A stretch of 62,811 nt of DNA, filler included, from Sluysia triapertura (GCA_046118255.1; 4 parts of 4 records of this genome joined end to end with filler, not necessarily neighbours in it), one strand, 5' to 3'. Positions 36,740-51,574 are shown, counted from the whole stretch's first letter. Notes: generated from the sequence alone by a model not told the origin. Numbers and translations are program-made.

Positions 36740-39700
36740 GTTAGTTTTGAGTTTAAGAAATTATGAGGTAGAATTTCTGATAATTATTTAAGATGTCTGT
36801 ACTATTACTAATACATTGTTAAAACTAATTCAACAAAATTATTAACCTCTATTTCTTTATTTGTATTTATAATATAAATAAGTAAATTTATGAGTAATGC
36901 TTTATATATTAGTTTAAATTTCAATTTTAACTTAATTTTATTTGAACAATGAAAATCAGTAAACAAAACTCAACTAAATTATTTATATTTTATAATGTAA
37001 CCTATTGTATAATGTTACATTTATGAATTTTATTCCAATTCTTTATTAAAATTTTGAAAATCTGAAATTAAGCCAGAAAATAATATTATTTAACAGACTT
37101 TATATATTAATGTAACGAATAAGATGTTACATCTTATGTATATAATTTTTACAATAACTATATTTTAAATTTTGTACTGCTGTGAGATGTAAAATAATTT
37201 TTACTTTTTTAATGTTAAATCATCTCAGTAATCTTGAATGTCAAAATTAAAAAATATGATAGAAAACAAAAAGAATACACGAAATACAGATGCGAAAAAT
37301 CCCATAATTCGATTAATACTTAAATAAACAAATAAATACTAGCAAACACAGAAAATGCGTGAATTAATGTAAATTCTAATGTAAGCAAACAAAGATGATA
37401 AATAAAATTAATAACTTCCTGACTAAATTAAGAATTTTTAAGAAAAAATGTGATTTTTTCACATACTTAAATTATACGTTGTATCTTTTCTATTAAAAAA
37501 TAATCTTCCTTATCGACTTTAAACAGAAGTATTTTTAATTTCGCATTATGTATTACTGACAGTTTATAAAATAACGTGATTCAATATGGTATCAAAATCT
37601 ATCAAAGAATTAAATAATATATAGATCGTTATTAATAGATCGTAATTAGTTATAGAAAGTGATTGGCTATGTAATCGAATTAAGTATGGGGTGAAATTAA
37701 CTATAGAATGGAATTGATATTAATATATCAGCTAAAATAATTTTTCTATTCCTTAAATTGTATTATAAGTTTTGTTAAACTTTTTGTTATTTGAATGCAT
37801 AAATTTTCAGTTAATCTAGTTACTTTTGAGTTAAAGGAGAAAATAAGACTGCACTTCCATCTCTTACACCAGAGATGAGTGAACAGTAACCTCCTGTGTA
37901 TTATATTTAGTGTTAGAATATTAGTAGAACACTCTAAACAAGATAAATTTAAGTTTAGCTTTAGTACGCATAAAGACATTTAATAAATAAACCTAACATT
38001 ATAACACGATATATGTTATTAATTGATTTTGATTTCAGTTTAATGTCACATTTAAATTATTCTAATTTTTTATATTGCAGTTTGAACATTTTAACTTTGT
38101 TTAAGTCTAATAATGTATGACCAATGTAACTTGTCCGTTAAGGATATACAATTTCTTGATCAAGAATTTCTTTATCAGCAATTTTCATTGCTTTCTAAAA
38201 AGTTAACTTTGAATTACGATCAAGCCGTCTTAATGATATTATTTTTTTATGATTTTATATTGTCTTACCGTACACTGCATTATTTTTAAATTTTAAAATG
38301 ATTTTTCAAATTCATTTATTGCTTGTTTACGTTTTTCTGAATTATAAATTATACAGTTCTCCAACACATGCCTGACTGAATTTTATTTACAGTAGTACTA
38401 ATTGTAGATACAATTATAATGCACGCCAATGTACAAATAATTTAGTTTGGCTACATACTTTTGAATTGGTTTGGTGTTTTCGTTTGGGTGCTAGGGTTAA
38501 ACCATTTAGATTGTTGTCACTATGAGGTGATATGACTAAATCAACTTCAAAAGCACACCCAATACTAATATTTACAGTATTTACATACATCCATTCTGAG
38601 TTAATATGAAGAAAGTTTGAGGCAACGCCAACTCAGATAAATTATTAACATCTCATCTACTATCACATAATTTATGCAAACAAAAGTTATTCCAGCTGAC
38701 AAACTAAACATTTTTATGTTTACTTTATTGTTTTAATTACTTTAGAGCTAATTCCAAACGTAAATCTTGCAATTATAAAAAATTTAATGGGACCTAATTT
38801 TGTGATTTGAAGGTTTGATCGTTTGAGGTTGGTGGTTTCGGATATCCACCTTCTGACAATGAGTTGTAATAGTGTAATGTAGTTACATGGTTTAAGTTAC
38901 GCAAACACCTTATTTGTCGTAAACTATCGAACGATGACGAATTTATGTAACACGATGGAAGAGAAAAAAGACCTATTGCAACTTACTTTATTAATTGTCT
39001 CAAAATATCCAACAAAGATTTAGCGTGGAGGCCATAATTTGAAGAAAAGGATTGTGATTATAAAAAAGAAAATAAGTTTGTTCGTTAAGAGGCAATTTTA
39101 TATCGTTAATGATTGTAAAAATTACATTAATACAAAAATTTCACTCGGTAGTTTACTGCATAAAAAGGTATTGATTTCGCATGTTACATTAATCCTCAAT
39201 TTTAAATTTCTAGCTAAATTCGTGGGTTCAAATTTTGTCTTTTCATAAGTTATATGAAAATTTAATTCAATCTTAAAATCGTTTATCATCCCGACATTAA
39301 AATTATTAAAACTTATTACTTTATAATGCTATATTTTAAAACTGAATGAATAGAATCTAACTCTGGGGCAAAAATAATCACTAGTAGTCTTGATTATGTA
39401 CAACAAATTTAATCAAAGAATATACATATTTAGTTACCTGCTTAGTTAATGCATCATGCGCATTGGAATCAGATAATCTTGCGATAATTTAACTATATTT
39501 TGGGATCCAATTGAATTTTAATTTCTTTCAGCGAAGACTTTTATTCATTTAGTTTATTCGGAAATTTTATTTCATTCGATTTTCGTGACTAATATAATGA
39601 CTAAAGTCTGTTAATTATTAGTACCAAAATCTCATTTTTCACGAAATTTATTATATGTACTCCTACATAATGTATAGTTAATGGATTATTATTTTTTGTT

Positions 39701-40679
39701 AATGTTGGTTTTGATTCATTTGATTTTGTGATTAAAAAGAAGTTAAATTTATATTACCGTATTTGGTCGTGTATAAAATAATATACAGCATTTAATTTCT
39801 AATATCATGAAAAATAAGTTGTGTTTTTCATTTACATTAATTATACTAATTAAGTGTAACAAATAATTTCCACCTTTTGTTTAAATATTACATTAAACAA
39901 ACTATTGTATTAATGAAGATGATGAAATGAATTTTTGACGATGATGTGCCATTATGCGTTTGTTATGTTTGAAATGTTTTCAAAAGAACTTGAATAAACT
40001 TTTTAAATAAACACTCTAGATTTATCGTAACAATAATTTTATTAAGTATTGGTGTTACAAAATAAATTATAATTATTGTTACATTTACATAAATTAAAGA
40101 TGCACCCTATTTATATATGTAAAAATTGAATTACTTGATTGACTATTCATATATTTCTTTGCGTTTGGATTCAATAATTCATTTTTTATTTTTTTAAAAT
40201 GTGGCGTTTATTTATGAAATTTCTTTCAGATTTTCAACAATTTCACATTAAAATAAAATAAAAGATCAATAATAATCTACTTAAGTTGGACATATGTAGA
40301 ATACTTCGTCATGCAACTTATATTCATTTTTATTTTCCCTAAAACCCATGTTTTTTTATATTGTACAAGTAAATGTATTTGATAATTAATGTTACACAGA
40401 AACTATCATGACTATTAATATTTATAATAAACAATATGTAAATTTATTTTTGTGACTAATAATAAATCGTAATTATTTTTACTTGCAAACTATTTACAAA
40501 TTATAATATGTGATTTATTTTTATGACAAATAACAAAACATAATGACAAACATTTTATATATGTACAATGACTGCTGCTATGATGACGATAAATACTTAC
40601 TATTATTTGGTGTTTTTTAAACTTTAACGTAACATATAAAGATATTTTCAACTATCATATGATTAAAGTCAACATCTAA

Positions 40680-41096
40680 ATTTTTGGCGCCCCAAATTAT
40701 TATCACGCGCTCCTTAGTTTGCGCACATTTGATCTATAGAATCAATTAAATTTTAATGTGATTTCTTGCTGCAGTTGGTATGTCGATCAGTAAAGTTTCA
40801 TAAATCTAATCCGAAGCTTCAGGTACTGAGAAATCAGCGTCTATTTCATTAGATCCACATTTTTCGTCTTCCGATGTAGAAGTTTCATAATCACTTCATT
40901 TTTTATATTGATAAAAAATATCGTAAAAATATTTGAAGATATAATTTCTTGAAAATTTCATAAAAATATAATATAAATTGATAAATTTGAAAATTAACTA
41001 TATTAATTGTCAAATTTAATATTTATCGCAAAAAATTATTTTTTACTGAATGTTTTCTTAGTGGTCAGTTGATCACTAAACTCGTTCTAGGATTAA
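40680..41096 (-). mobile_element. piggyBac-like 5' end remnant
   Basis: The minus strand reads TTAA|TCCTAGAA (cf. TTAA|CCCTAGAA), with a subterminal palindrome TTAGTGGTCAGTTGATCACTAA, then an acidic degraded ORF (SDYETSTSEDEK..EIDADF). Confidence 0.45.
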
Positions 41097-41198
41097 ACAG
41101 TTACAAAATATTTGTAAATTATTTATAAAAACCATCAGAATTATGTAAATAAATTCACCTATTTTGCTTATTTCTAATGATTTCTATTTTACTTACAG

Positions 41199-41424
41199 CC
41201 ACCACCGGATTTAAATCAACGTGATTATGAAATAACATTACGCTTACATTTGCGGTTCGTGTGCTTTCATTTCAATTGTATTCAAATTTATTCGTGTCCT
41301 CATTGTAATCGTGGTTACAATGCCAGTTCACAAGTAATTCAACATATATATGATGAGCATCTGAAAAACGCATATAATTGCCATTTGTGTACAACAAATG
41401 AAGGTAGTACTACTGATCAGAATG
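41199..41424 (+). CDS. ZNF532/592/687-like zinc-finger gene, exon
   Basis: ttacag|..|gttaat, in phase 0 with the previous exon; PPPDL..LRLHLRFVCFHF...YSCPHCNRGY..VIQHIYDEH..AYNCHLC (cf. HVKENCLHY..YRCIHC..SHIQERH..HKCAFC). Confidence 0.87.
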
Positions 41425-42112
41425 GTTAATTTTAATTTATCTTTTCATATTACAATTTCATCTACTTGTAATAATAATAAATTTAATAAAATTGATTAAA
41501 ATTTTGTTCTATTTGATATTTTGGTAAATTTGGCTTTGACTTCTAAGGCATTGAAATAATTCAATTTCTGATGTGTTAGCAGATAACTGATCAGAGTTTA
41601 TTTACTTGTATAAGCCTGAACTTAACATTAAATGTGCAAACTTAGTATTTATTATTATTTCGTGGTTTTTATTCTACAATTACAATTTCTCCCACGCTTT
41701 CGATTAATGAAATTTCCAAATATATAATAACAAATAAAAATATAATAATTAATAATGATAAAAATGTTAAGTAAATTTTTCTTAATATATTTAAGAAAAA
41801 CCTAATCAATTTAAACTAAATAATATATTAAGAAAGAAGTTGAATTCTTGATTATAATTGTGGTTTGATTCTATAACTTTGATTTTTTCGAAAATTCCCC
41901 AAAGCAATACTAAATTTATCAACTATTTAAGTGTTAACAAAAGTTTTTGTAATTGCTATTGTTGCCATAAAACTGAAATCATCAATTGTACTTCATGAAT
42001 TTATGGGTATTGAAATTTCTATTTTATGTCAGGACATATAGTAAAAATTTATAGTCTGATTCATTAATGCTTAATATGTTATTGTCACATAATTAGTACT
42101 TGATTAGTATTG

Positions 42113-42113
42113 A

Positions 42114-42176
<63 letters not shown>
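42113..42176. repeat. (ATT)n microsatellite
   Basis: Seen directly. Confidence 0.95.
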
Positions 42177-43304
42177 GTTCGCTTTCTAGTTTGGAACATT
42201 TATAAAAATTACATAACAGAAAAGGGTTCGCCTGCGTAACACGATTTATTTTAGAAGGACGCGTTCGCAGGATTTAGTCAACGTAAAAGTTTATCAAAGA
42301 GGGTCACTAAACTTCGCTAATATCTTCAAGAAAACTAGAAATTATTCTTCGCACACTGTTGATAAGGATCACTTACTAATTAAATCTTTCTACGTGTTTA
42401 AATCTACTCTGAAATTCTTCGAGATTATTTTAAATCTTTATCGTTTTATATTATGATGTAATAAACGTAATTTATCTTATGTAATTTATCACTTTATATT
42501 ACAATCGTTTATCCGCAATTATGCACTTAATCTATTGTTGTAGATTACACTTTCTTTTCTACAAAAAATCTCAAAAAGACAAGTGTTTAGTAATTAAAAT
42601 ATAAAATATAATGCTTACAATATATAATTTAAATAAAGATAAATTAATTATAATTAATAAATAATTGCAATAAGGATTTTAATGTCAAGTTTGACCCAGG
42701 AGTAATTCTTGGGTTGAAAAGTTATGATTTTAAGTAATATTTTTAGGCAATAGATCTATGCCTATTATGAATAAGCTTACTTATCAATTGATAATTATGT
42801 CTTCTGGTTTTCCCAAAAAATGGATCTGTATCTGGAGGAGCTTGGAACGATTTTTTCGCCAACAATTAAATGCATATAGTGATTCCGACTCGTAGTTTTC
42901 GAAAGTAAATATATATATTTAATCGACTCTCCAACTAGTTTCTTCGTCGCTCGTTTTTTGAGAATTCTCTAATTATAGCGAGTTAATTATTGTGCGTAAA
43001 GATTTACTTGATAATTCCTTTTATAAGTAAGCTTATTCAAATGACTTTTGACCAATAATTAAATGATTAATTCTTTTAATTTTAATCCAAATATTTATGT
43101 TACCAAGATTATTTTAGTTCATAAAAATTTTTCAGTTAATTACAGAATTTTAAATATTTATGTTTCAAAGGTTATAATTTATTTTCGCTTAATTATAAAA
43201 TGATATAATTTTAATTTTATTTCAGTAAAACTTTTTAATATTTAGTAAAACTTTTTTTAATATTATAAAAATTTTTTTTTAATATTTACAAAATTTTAGT
43301 ATTT

Positions 43305-43500
43305 ACAATTTGTATGTCATCATTTACAACCAATATTTACATATGGTATTGAAGACCATATGATTCGATTACACTTGAAACATCATTTATGTATATTATA
43401 AACAACAATGGACCAAGTAATGATCCCTGAGGAACTCCATGCTTTACATGTACCTCATTTGGCTTCTTATTATTCAATAAAACGTATTGTCTCTTTTACT
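43305..43500 (-). mobile_element. Non-LTR (CR1/L2-group) reverse transcriptase fragment
   Basis: [38 protein letters not shown], then a frameshifted degenerate YADD-like VNDDIQI. Confidence 0.88.
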
Positions 43501-46500
43501 AATAAATTATAACATTTTCATGTAATCTAGGAATTGTCCTGGAATGGAACATGCAACTAATGTCGTCAGTGAAGCCTACCGCATATCAAATATACAGTTT
43601 TCAGAAATCAGAATCGTCTATCGACTTCGTGCCCTGGAGATTGGTTCGTAATCTTAATACTTAAACAAACATTCTTAATTTTAATTTCAGGTCGGTAAAA
43701 CAGAAGCACTTGCTCTTCCAATGTCGTGCACGTTAAATATGATCAATAGAATCGAAGTGTACAGGTTCATTTTACGGGCATCAGTGAACGATTTGTCGTA
43801 CAGTCCTTGGTCGAATATTGTTTGTGTTGATATGCCATAATCTGCCAGCCAGTCTGCTCGGCTTTCTTGCTCGAGTAGCACGTGGTGCAGATTCTATTGG
43901 TGGTCTATTTAATAACTTGAAGCCAATATATATTTTATTTAAAAATAATAAGTTGTACATTATTTGTTTTCGTCTATCTTAGATTATTATTTTCTGAATA
44001 ATCATTAAATTCCTAATTCAATATTAACTCTAAGATAGACAGAAGTTTCTGCATAAGCTAGTTTGTAAATAAGAAGCTAATTGAAAGCAGTACTTTGTGA
44101 GATTTTATTCTACTTACCTTTACCTACCTACTTAATTTCAACAGTTCTATCCTTCATTGTTTTCTGTGTACTTTATTAAAATAAGAACGGGTCATCTTCA
44201 TAAATCTTCTAAATCTTTGTAACTAGACAACAGTAACTAGGTACTATTCAAAATTACATTGTTCAAGGTGGATTTCTTCCTGTCTCATCGAGTCGATCCT
44301 TGTAGAACTTGATGATTTTTTCTGATTTGATAAAAATATATAAAGTTATAGTTCATTATTAATTAAACTTGTGATATCTGCGAAACTCAGTAATAAATTT
44401 CAATAAAAACACATTTTAAAGTTATTAAGGATAAAGAGAAACATAACGGTTATGAGTCATGATATAGAAGAATTATGACGAATCATGATAATAAAATAAG
44501 CATATAAATTATTTGAATCAAGACAAAAGAATGAAAGATACGAAAAGATAACCCTTTATAAGGTTTGTTTGTTGAAGTGTTAAAGTACACTTGTTAATTA
44601 ATTTAATTAAAATTTGTTTAATTTGATAATGAATAATGTTCATGATAAATTAATATTAGATTTAGTATAAAAGATGAGTTTTATTAGTATTTTTAATGAT
44701 GAAGTGTTTCGAAGCACGTCGACGTAGATAAGGTAAAAATTAGTTAATAAAATTTCAAATTTCATAAAAATTCCTTATTGAAATAATTTGAGACCATTCC
44801 CAGTTCATTTTTATTAATCAATGTTTATGTTCGACATTAACTATACATTTCTTAAAATCGTTTCCATAGCGCCGTCTATCTTTATTTTTTAACTAATAAT
44901 GCTTCATTTAAGTTTCAGCCAATCAAATTAATTTCATCAATTTTTAATAACCAATTAACTTTAAAATGCGTTTTTACTTGAAATTTATTACTGAATGTCA
45001 TAGGTGTGTCAAGTTTAATGAATAATGGATATCAGAATTTTAATACTTGTACCAAATTTTTTATTATTATTATTATTATAATTATAATTATTATTATTAT
45101 TTGTGATCTTTCTATAATAAATAACTGAAATATTAATCTTTATGCTTTCAAATTTTCGATTTTGAAGATTGAGCGTGCATTATTGTTTCATGCATCTCGC
45201 TTTCAATTTTATATTTCCAGGTAAACATGAAGTAAATTTTCTGATATAGTAATCTATGAAGCACAAAATATACAAAAATCATTAATTAACTAGATTTTTC
45301 ATGATACCAATAATCTGCCAAGGATTGGATTGAAGAGCATGAGTTGTAAATATCTCATTTTCTAAAGTCTTCTGGAATGTCTCTCTGTGTGTATCAATGA
45401 GGCGTTTTTATTCTGTTATGACTTAGTATCCGACCAAATTCTTTTGGAGGGCAAGAGAATTCATATCTATCGTGTTTATTGGTCTTATTATTTCTGGAAA
45501 TTTTCGTATTGGGTATTGTACCAATCAAAATCTAAGTGAATTTTCAGCAAAACGAATCATTGGAGCAAATATTTCACATTCTTATTTTTTCTTTTTCCGG
45601 ACAAGTCAAAGATAGAAAATGGTCATCTTATGAATGTGACTTGTGCGAGAATGTAAAAGTAAATTATTCGACTGAGAATATTCATGATCCAAGTATATTT
45701 TCTGTCATATCGAAAAGTTTGATATGTGTATTTTCTACTTATAATCATGTCATAACAAAATCATAGTGGGATTGGAACATGTTTCGATGTGTGAAATATG
45801 TAAACGAATTACATTCTAGATTCAAATTTCTACAATTTATTGGATTAGAAAGGTAATTGGTGTGTGTTAAATATTAATATCATTCAATTGAATTCTGTGG
45901 GCATAAAATAAGAGTAATGAAGTTGTGGAATTGGAATAATGCAGGAAGTGCTGATACAAATGTTGGACTGATGGGAAATAACTTGGAGTTCCAAGGACTA
46001 TTGTAAGGTATTGAGATCCTTAGAAAACTATTTGAAGAATTAAAGTGCCCTTGAAATTGTGGACCATGAAATAAGTAGAGATATTTGAGTAATCTTGAGT
46101 AATTAATTTAAAATGTTAATATTAATAATTATAATGATGATGATTCTTATAGTAATATAAAATAAAACTACAAAAGATTTGTAAATGTAAATATAAAAAT
46201 TATTGATGAAAACACCCGATTGCGTAACAATATATTGCATAACATTTGAATTTTACTAATTTTGGAAAAGAATTCATTTTTGATTTGGGAAGCAAAAGAA
46301 ATAGTATGCACTACGGAATTATGTTTAATATGTTGATGCAACAGATAAACTTATTTTACTTTGTATTTGATGGATTATATTCATACTCCTTGTATAAAAT
46401 TATTTTTGTTCTAGGTTTGAAATAAACACGAGCACAAATAATAATCCGAAAAAGCAAAATTTGAACTATAGGATTATCCAATAATTTCTTTGCTTTTGTG

Positions 46501-48349
46501 AGAATTGATCCACGATAAACAACGATTGAAATATATAAAATTAATATTAAGAAAGACATTTAATAATAATAATAATCTGTTAATTCTCGTTGATTACCGA
46601 AATAAAGATAATAAAAAACTATTGTTTTTCGATTCGTTATATTATTGGAAATAATTATGAATTACTTGGAAAATGACTATTTGGTTCAACCTAAAAATTC
46701 AAGATTTTGAAATGTTCGTTATATTATAACATTTTTATTGAGTTATGAAATTAAATTAAATTAATTAACAAATGTACTTTAATATTTTAACAGATAAAAC
46801 CTTGTGTAAAGGCTTATTTCTTCGTATTTCTCATTATTTAATCTTGATTTAAATATTTTATATTGTTGGGGTAAAAGGCCTAAAAAGTGCCAAGTAGTAT
46901 AATTGAATATATTGAAAATGAAAAAGTTAGACGGNNNNNNNNNNNNNNNNNNNNNNNNNNNNNNNNNNNNNNNNNNNNTTAATTAATTAANNNNNNNNNN
47001 NNNNNNNNNNNNNNNNNNNNNNNNNNNNNNNNNNATACCTTATCTTAGTTTTTTAATAACGCTCTACTTATCATATTATTCCAAGTTTTGACCCTTATAT
47101 CAACCCTTATCCTTCACTAATCCCAACATGTAGATATAAACATTATTTTACTTTAATATAAAGATAAGCACAAATACCTAACTTTTAATACAAGAAATAG
47201 TTAGACCTGTTTAGAAGTAAGTACCTCAGACGATTATTCACAAATCCATACAAGGAAAACTTTAAGCAAATTCAAATTTAATTAATTTTATAAACCAAAA
47301 CATTACTATATCTATATTTAGAATAATATAATGAGAAGAAACCAAATATAAGTTTAAGAGTTGTTGTGTCTTTGATTTTATGTTACATTGTTTGTTATTA
47401 AATTTAACGTAAATTAAATTATGAACGTTCTTTGAGATATTTATTGCTGTAATTAAACTTAATTTTAAAAATTCTAATTTAATTTCTTTTTTTAACAATT
47501 TTACAGAATAAAGAGATGTATATATATTTATATATATGTACATAAAAATTTGACAATTTTTAATAATTTTTAGATTGTGTAATTACATCATTTATATATA
47601 TATATATATATATAAATGATCTAATTACACAATCTAAAAAATATTAAAAATTGTCAAATTTTGGATCATATTAATTACACCATCAACGTTTAGACATATT
47701 ATGATTCTTCTCAATTGCGGTTTCCTTAAATAAAAAGAACAAAAATCATATGTTAGTTTATAATAAAAATTTAAAATTACTTTAAATCCTGGTTCATTAA
47801 AATGAATGTAAAATATGATTTTGTTCAAGGCTTGCGTTTGAATTTTGCTGATTTGTAGGTTACGATTGATCATGTTGTTTTGTAAAGACGTGAGCAGACT
47901 ATTCAAGCGTTCCTTGAACTATCATAGCTCATCTCCAAAACATTATGAGAATAGTGGCATCAAACTTGATAGATGTCCCGAATTTGTCTACTCGGGATGG
48001 ACATTGTGTATATGAACATTTAGACTTGAATTGATGGTATTAGACTTAACATATTAGCTTTCACGGTATGTTGACTCGGCAGTTGTATTATGTGGGTATT
48101 TGACTTCGTTCCCTTTAATCATATTCTTTTATGATAGTAGGTATTGTGCAGATAAATTTTGTTGAAACATAACTGATGATAAACTAAAACGAAGATTTTT
48201 AAAAACACGATTAAAGATGAATTCTATTATATCAACTTTATCAATAGCATGATAACAACGATACGATTCTTTGTAATCGCTGAATTGTATATTTGGCATG
48301 ATTTGAATATATTTTACATCATTAAATTTTAGTTTAAAGTTAATATCTT

Positions 48350-48860
48350 CACGATTTTGATAAGTTATTAGCATCAAGATTGCCATTTTGAACAACATTT
48401 ATAAACTTTCATTTTGAACGAAATTAAGTTAGTGCAATTTTGTTTACGATAAAATGAAAATGTTCAGGAACAGAATTATTTAGAATAGTAAACTTATCTT
48501 TTTAATACATCGACTTTATTAACCACACGAATAGAAGGTATATCTGAACGATGTTGTCTCAATTCTTTGTACCGATTATCCAGAATTTTGTAAGAAACTT
48601 TTCATGTAAGATGAAACGCCAAGGAATAATACGATGTATGTACATGACGATAACACGAGGTATGCATACTTTGAAAAAGTTCTTGAACAGCTGGATCGTA
48701 GAAATTAATCGTTGTCTTTTTACTACCTAAATCAGTTTCATATTTAAATAAGGTTAGAGCATAAGCAGATAATTGTTGTGGTTGACATTTGTCCATCAAA
48801 AACTGTTCAACTAATATAAACTTTTGAACCACATATCCTGGACAAATTGTTTTCACACTA
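48350..48860 (-). pseudogene. RABL2: Intronless degraded RABL2 (Rab-like 2 GTPase) copy
   Basis: VKTICPG..LVEQFLMDKCQPQQLSAYALTLFKY..INFYDPAVQELFQSMHTSCY..*KVSYKILDNRYKELRQHRSDIPSIRVVNKVD versus RABL2 KIICLG..LMERFLMDGFQPQQLSTYALTLYKH..VDFWDTAGQERFQSMHASYY..KVTYRNLSTWYTELREFRPEIPCIVVANKID. P-loop and DTAGQ are degenerate and there is an in-frame stop. Confidence 0.88.
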
Positions 48861-49291
48861 ATATAAAATACAGATCTTTAGTGTAATACTCAGGTGGTTC
48901 GGACATCATTGAATGTTAATTTTCAATAAAAATTTTTGATTCTTTTAAATAAATACTAATTTTTAATATTTTTATTAGTAAATAATTATCTAATTTTATT
49001 TTAATTAATTTTTAATGATAACAATTGTCGTCAGAAGAGTTTTTATCAAAAAATGATTGGACGGCCATATGACGAACGGTGACACATCTGATTAATTTAT
49101 GTTGGGTGCATTTCTTAATCTAAAAACCTAACCTATAGCAAAATAATTAATTATTCTGAGTCCATTTACAGTATACGACTCACTAATGGCGTACCTGTAA
49201 AATTACGTGAAAACAATTATCAAAATTAATCGTACAAAAATATTCTTTGCCTTAGCTTAACGGTAATGGGCAAAAACGTCGTTTTGACTTG

Positions 49292-49394
49292 GGTATTCCA
49301 TAAGATAGCGTTGGTCTTAATTAGTTTTTAATTGACTTATTAACAATAAATAACTTAAAAACTAATTAAGACCAACGCTAGCATATGGAATATC
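49292..49394. repeat. Short palindromic MITE-like element
   Basis: Perfect 25-bp inverted repeat TAGCGTTGGTCTTAATTAGTTTTTA (from 49306) / TAAAAACTAATTAAGACCAACGCTA (to 49380), extended by TATTCCATA/TATGGAATA. Confidence 0.8.
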
Positions 49395-51254
49395 TAAATT
49401 AATATAAAAATCTAGTGAATAATATTCGTATAAAAACGTGTCGTCTCTTATAACTTCAAATCTTAATATAATGACCGTTAGCACTTTTTAGTTTTTTTCT
49501 TTTAAATTCAATGAAACAATATTGGAATTAACGTCTTTACAATGAAAAATATATTAAAGTTTAAATATTAAGACAAATATAGTAAAAAACAAGGCTTAAA
49601 AATGCTCTAATATTTTTATTGTACAAAACTAAAATAAAAATGACAGTTATTATAAATTTAAAAAAAATTCAATAAAAAACTATTGTCAAAAAACACAAAA
49701 TTTTATGAATAATAAATTTATAATAACAATAATAATGAAGCTATAATAAGGGTTTAGCCAAAAGACTCTACCCTACAATACTGATTTTATAATTGACCTT
49801 AAGGGCCAAGTAAAGATTTGAGATTTTATATTTTAGTTTGATTTTATGATTAGCCTTAATGATCAACCTTGCAAAACAGTATTTTAAGTTGAATTTTTAA
49901 CTCAATGAGAGTTTATAGACTTATGCAAATCAAACTTACGGATCAATTAATAATATGGACAGTCCATATTCAGTAATATGGTTTGTATTTGAATTGATTT
50001 GTTGAACTGCTACTGCTTGAAAAGTGCTATCCCTCTTATCGAATACGCGGGAATCGCACAATGACTTGAATAGTGGATTTGAAATAATAATTTAACAATG
50101 AATATAACAGTGGTGCCGCCAAAAATCTTTTATCGAAATGCTGAATTTCAAAATGTCGCAATTATTTTCTGTCTATTTTTAATGGCTTCTTTATTTGCTA
50201 ATGTCTTTATATATGTACAAACAAATCTCTTAACATTTATTTGATTTGTTTAAGTGTAATTAAACCAACTCCAACATGTTATTGAAATCGACTTACGACG
50301 TATTATATAAAAGATTTCTATGAAAACAAATTTAGTATTTCATTAATTTATCTTTATTTTAAGTTGATAAGTTGTGTTAATAACAAAATATTAATTTTGA
50401 TTTAATTATGTTGAAAAGATAAGGAGATTGTTTAACACAAATCCCATTATCCTTGGGTAATTTCAGGAGAGAATAAAATTGGAAACAGACGGAAATTACT
50501 ATCGAAATTTAATTATTAAAATTGGTGGGCTTATAACCGACTAAAAGGAATGAATAGTCTAATAAGTAATTATTTCCGTATTTTCCACTTTCCAATTTTC
50601 AAGCGATTACCAAACTGCTATATAAACAATCAGATTTCTGGATAAAAAGATTTCTGGACTTTACAAAACCTTACAAAACTTTACAAGACTTTACAAGACG
50701 CTGCCTCAATATATTTGTGATAAACATTGTGTTTCAGGACTCATCTTTAGCAATTGATTAAAATTTAAAAAGAGTGGTTTTGTTTTTGTTAAGGTTAGTA
50801 ACCTACAGTTTTATTTTATTATTGTTAATAATAGGCGTCAATATTTATTGTGTTGCGTCACCCATGGAATTCTATAGATAGTGATTTATAGCTTTAAATT
50901 TCAGTTATTAATTGAAGGCATATTATTGTAAAAGAATAATTGCTAGATTATTGTGCTAGTTAAAAATGTACTGAGATTTCGTGTTAATTCTATTATTGAT
51001 TTATAATAGAACATTTTTTGATGCTTACACAACAAATTCTAAGTAATCAAAAGAAAATGAGTTTGCATTCATCATAATCCAAAATTATTCATAGCCTTTA
51101 TATTTTCAATAACAAATAATTTACATTTCTTTGATGTTATAAAAAGATAATAATATAAAATAAAATATGAAAAAATGCAAGTTTTATTAAATATGAACAA
51201 TTGTGAAGTTCTATAGTTATTTAGCATGAATATAGTAATTAAATTATTTACATT

Positions 51255-51281
51255 ATTATTATTATTTTACTATTATTATTA

Positions 51282-51318
<37 letters not shown>
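51255..51318. repeat. (ATT)n microsatellite
   Basis: Seen directly. Confidence 0.9.
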
Positions 51319-51319
<1 letters not shown>

Positions 51320-51574
51320 GTTGGGATTGCCGTGTAGTGAAACAAGAAATTAATTTAAAAATGCAAGAGGTACTGTGTAAAATGATGAAACATTTTGGAG
51401 TAAGAATGATGAAAATAAAAACATTTATGAATTTTCCAATATTGTGTTCGACAGCTTTTGATATAAAAAATAGCCGTGTCATTTCCTAACAAACTACAGA
51501 TTTCTTCACACTTTCTTATCAATTCCATATTGTACATGTATAACATGTTTATAAATGTCAATATGATCGAAAAT

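Noticed and set aside
38940-39030. DGREKRPIA resembling Gypsy RNase H
   Set aside because: Too short, and flanking RNase H motifs are absent.
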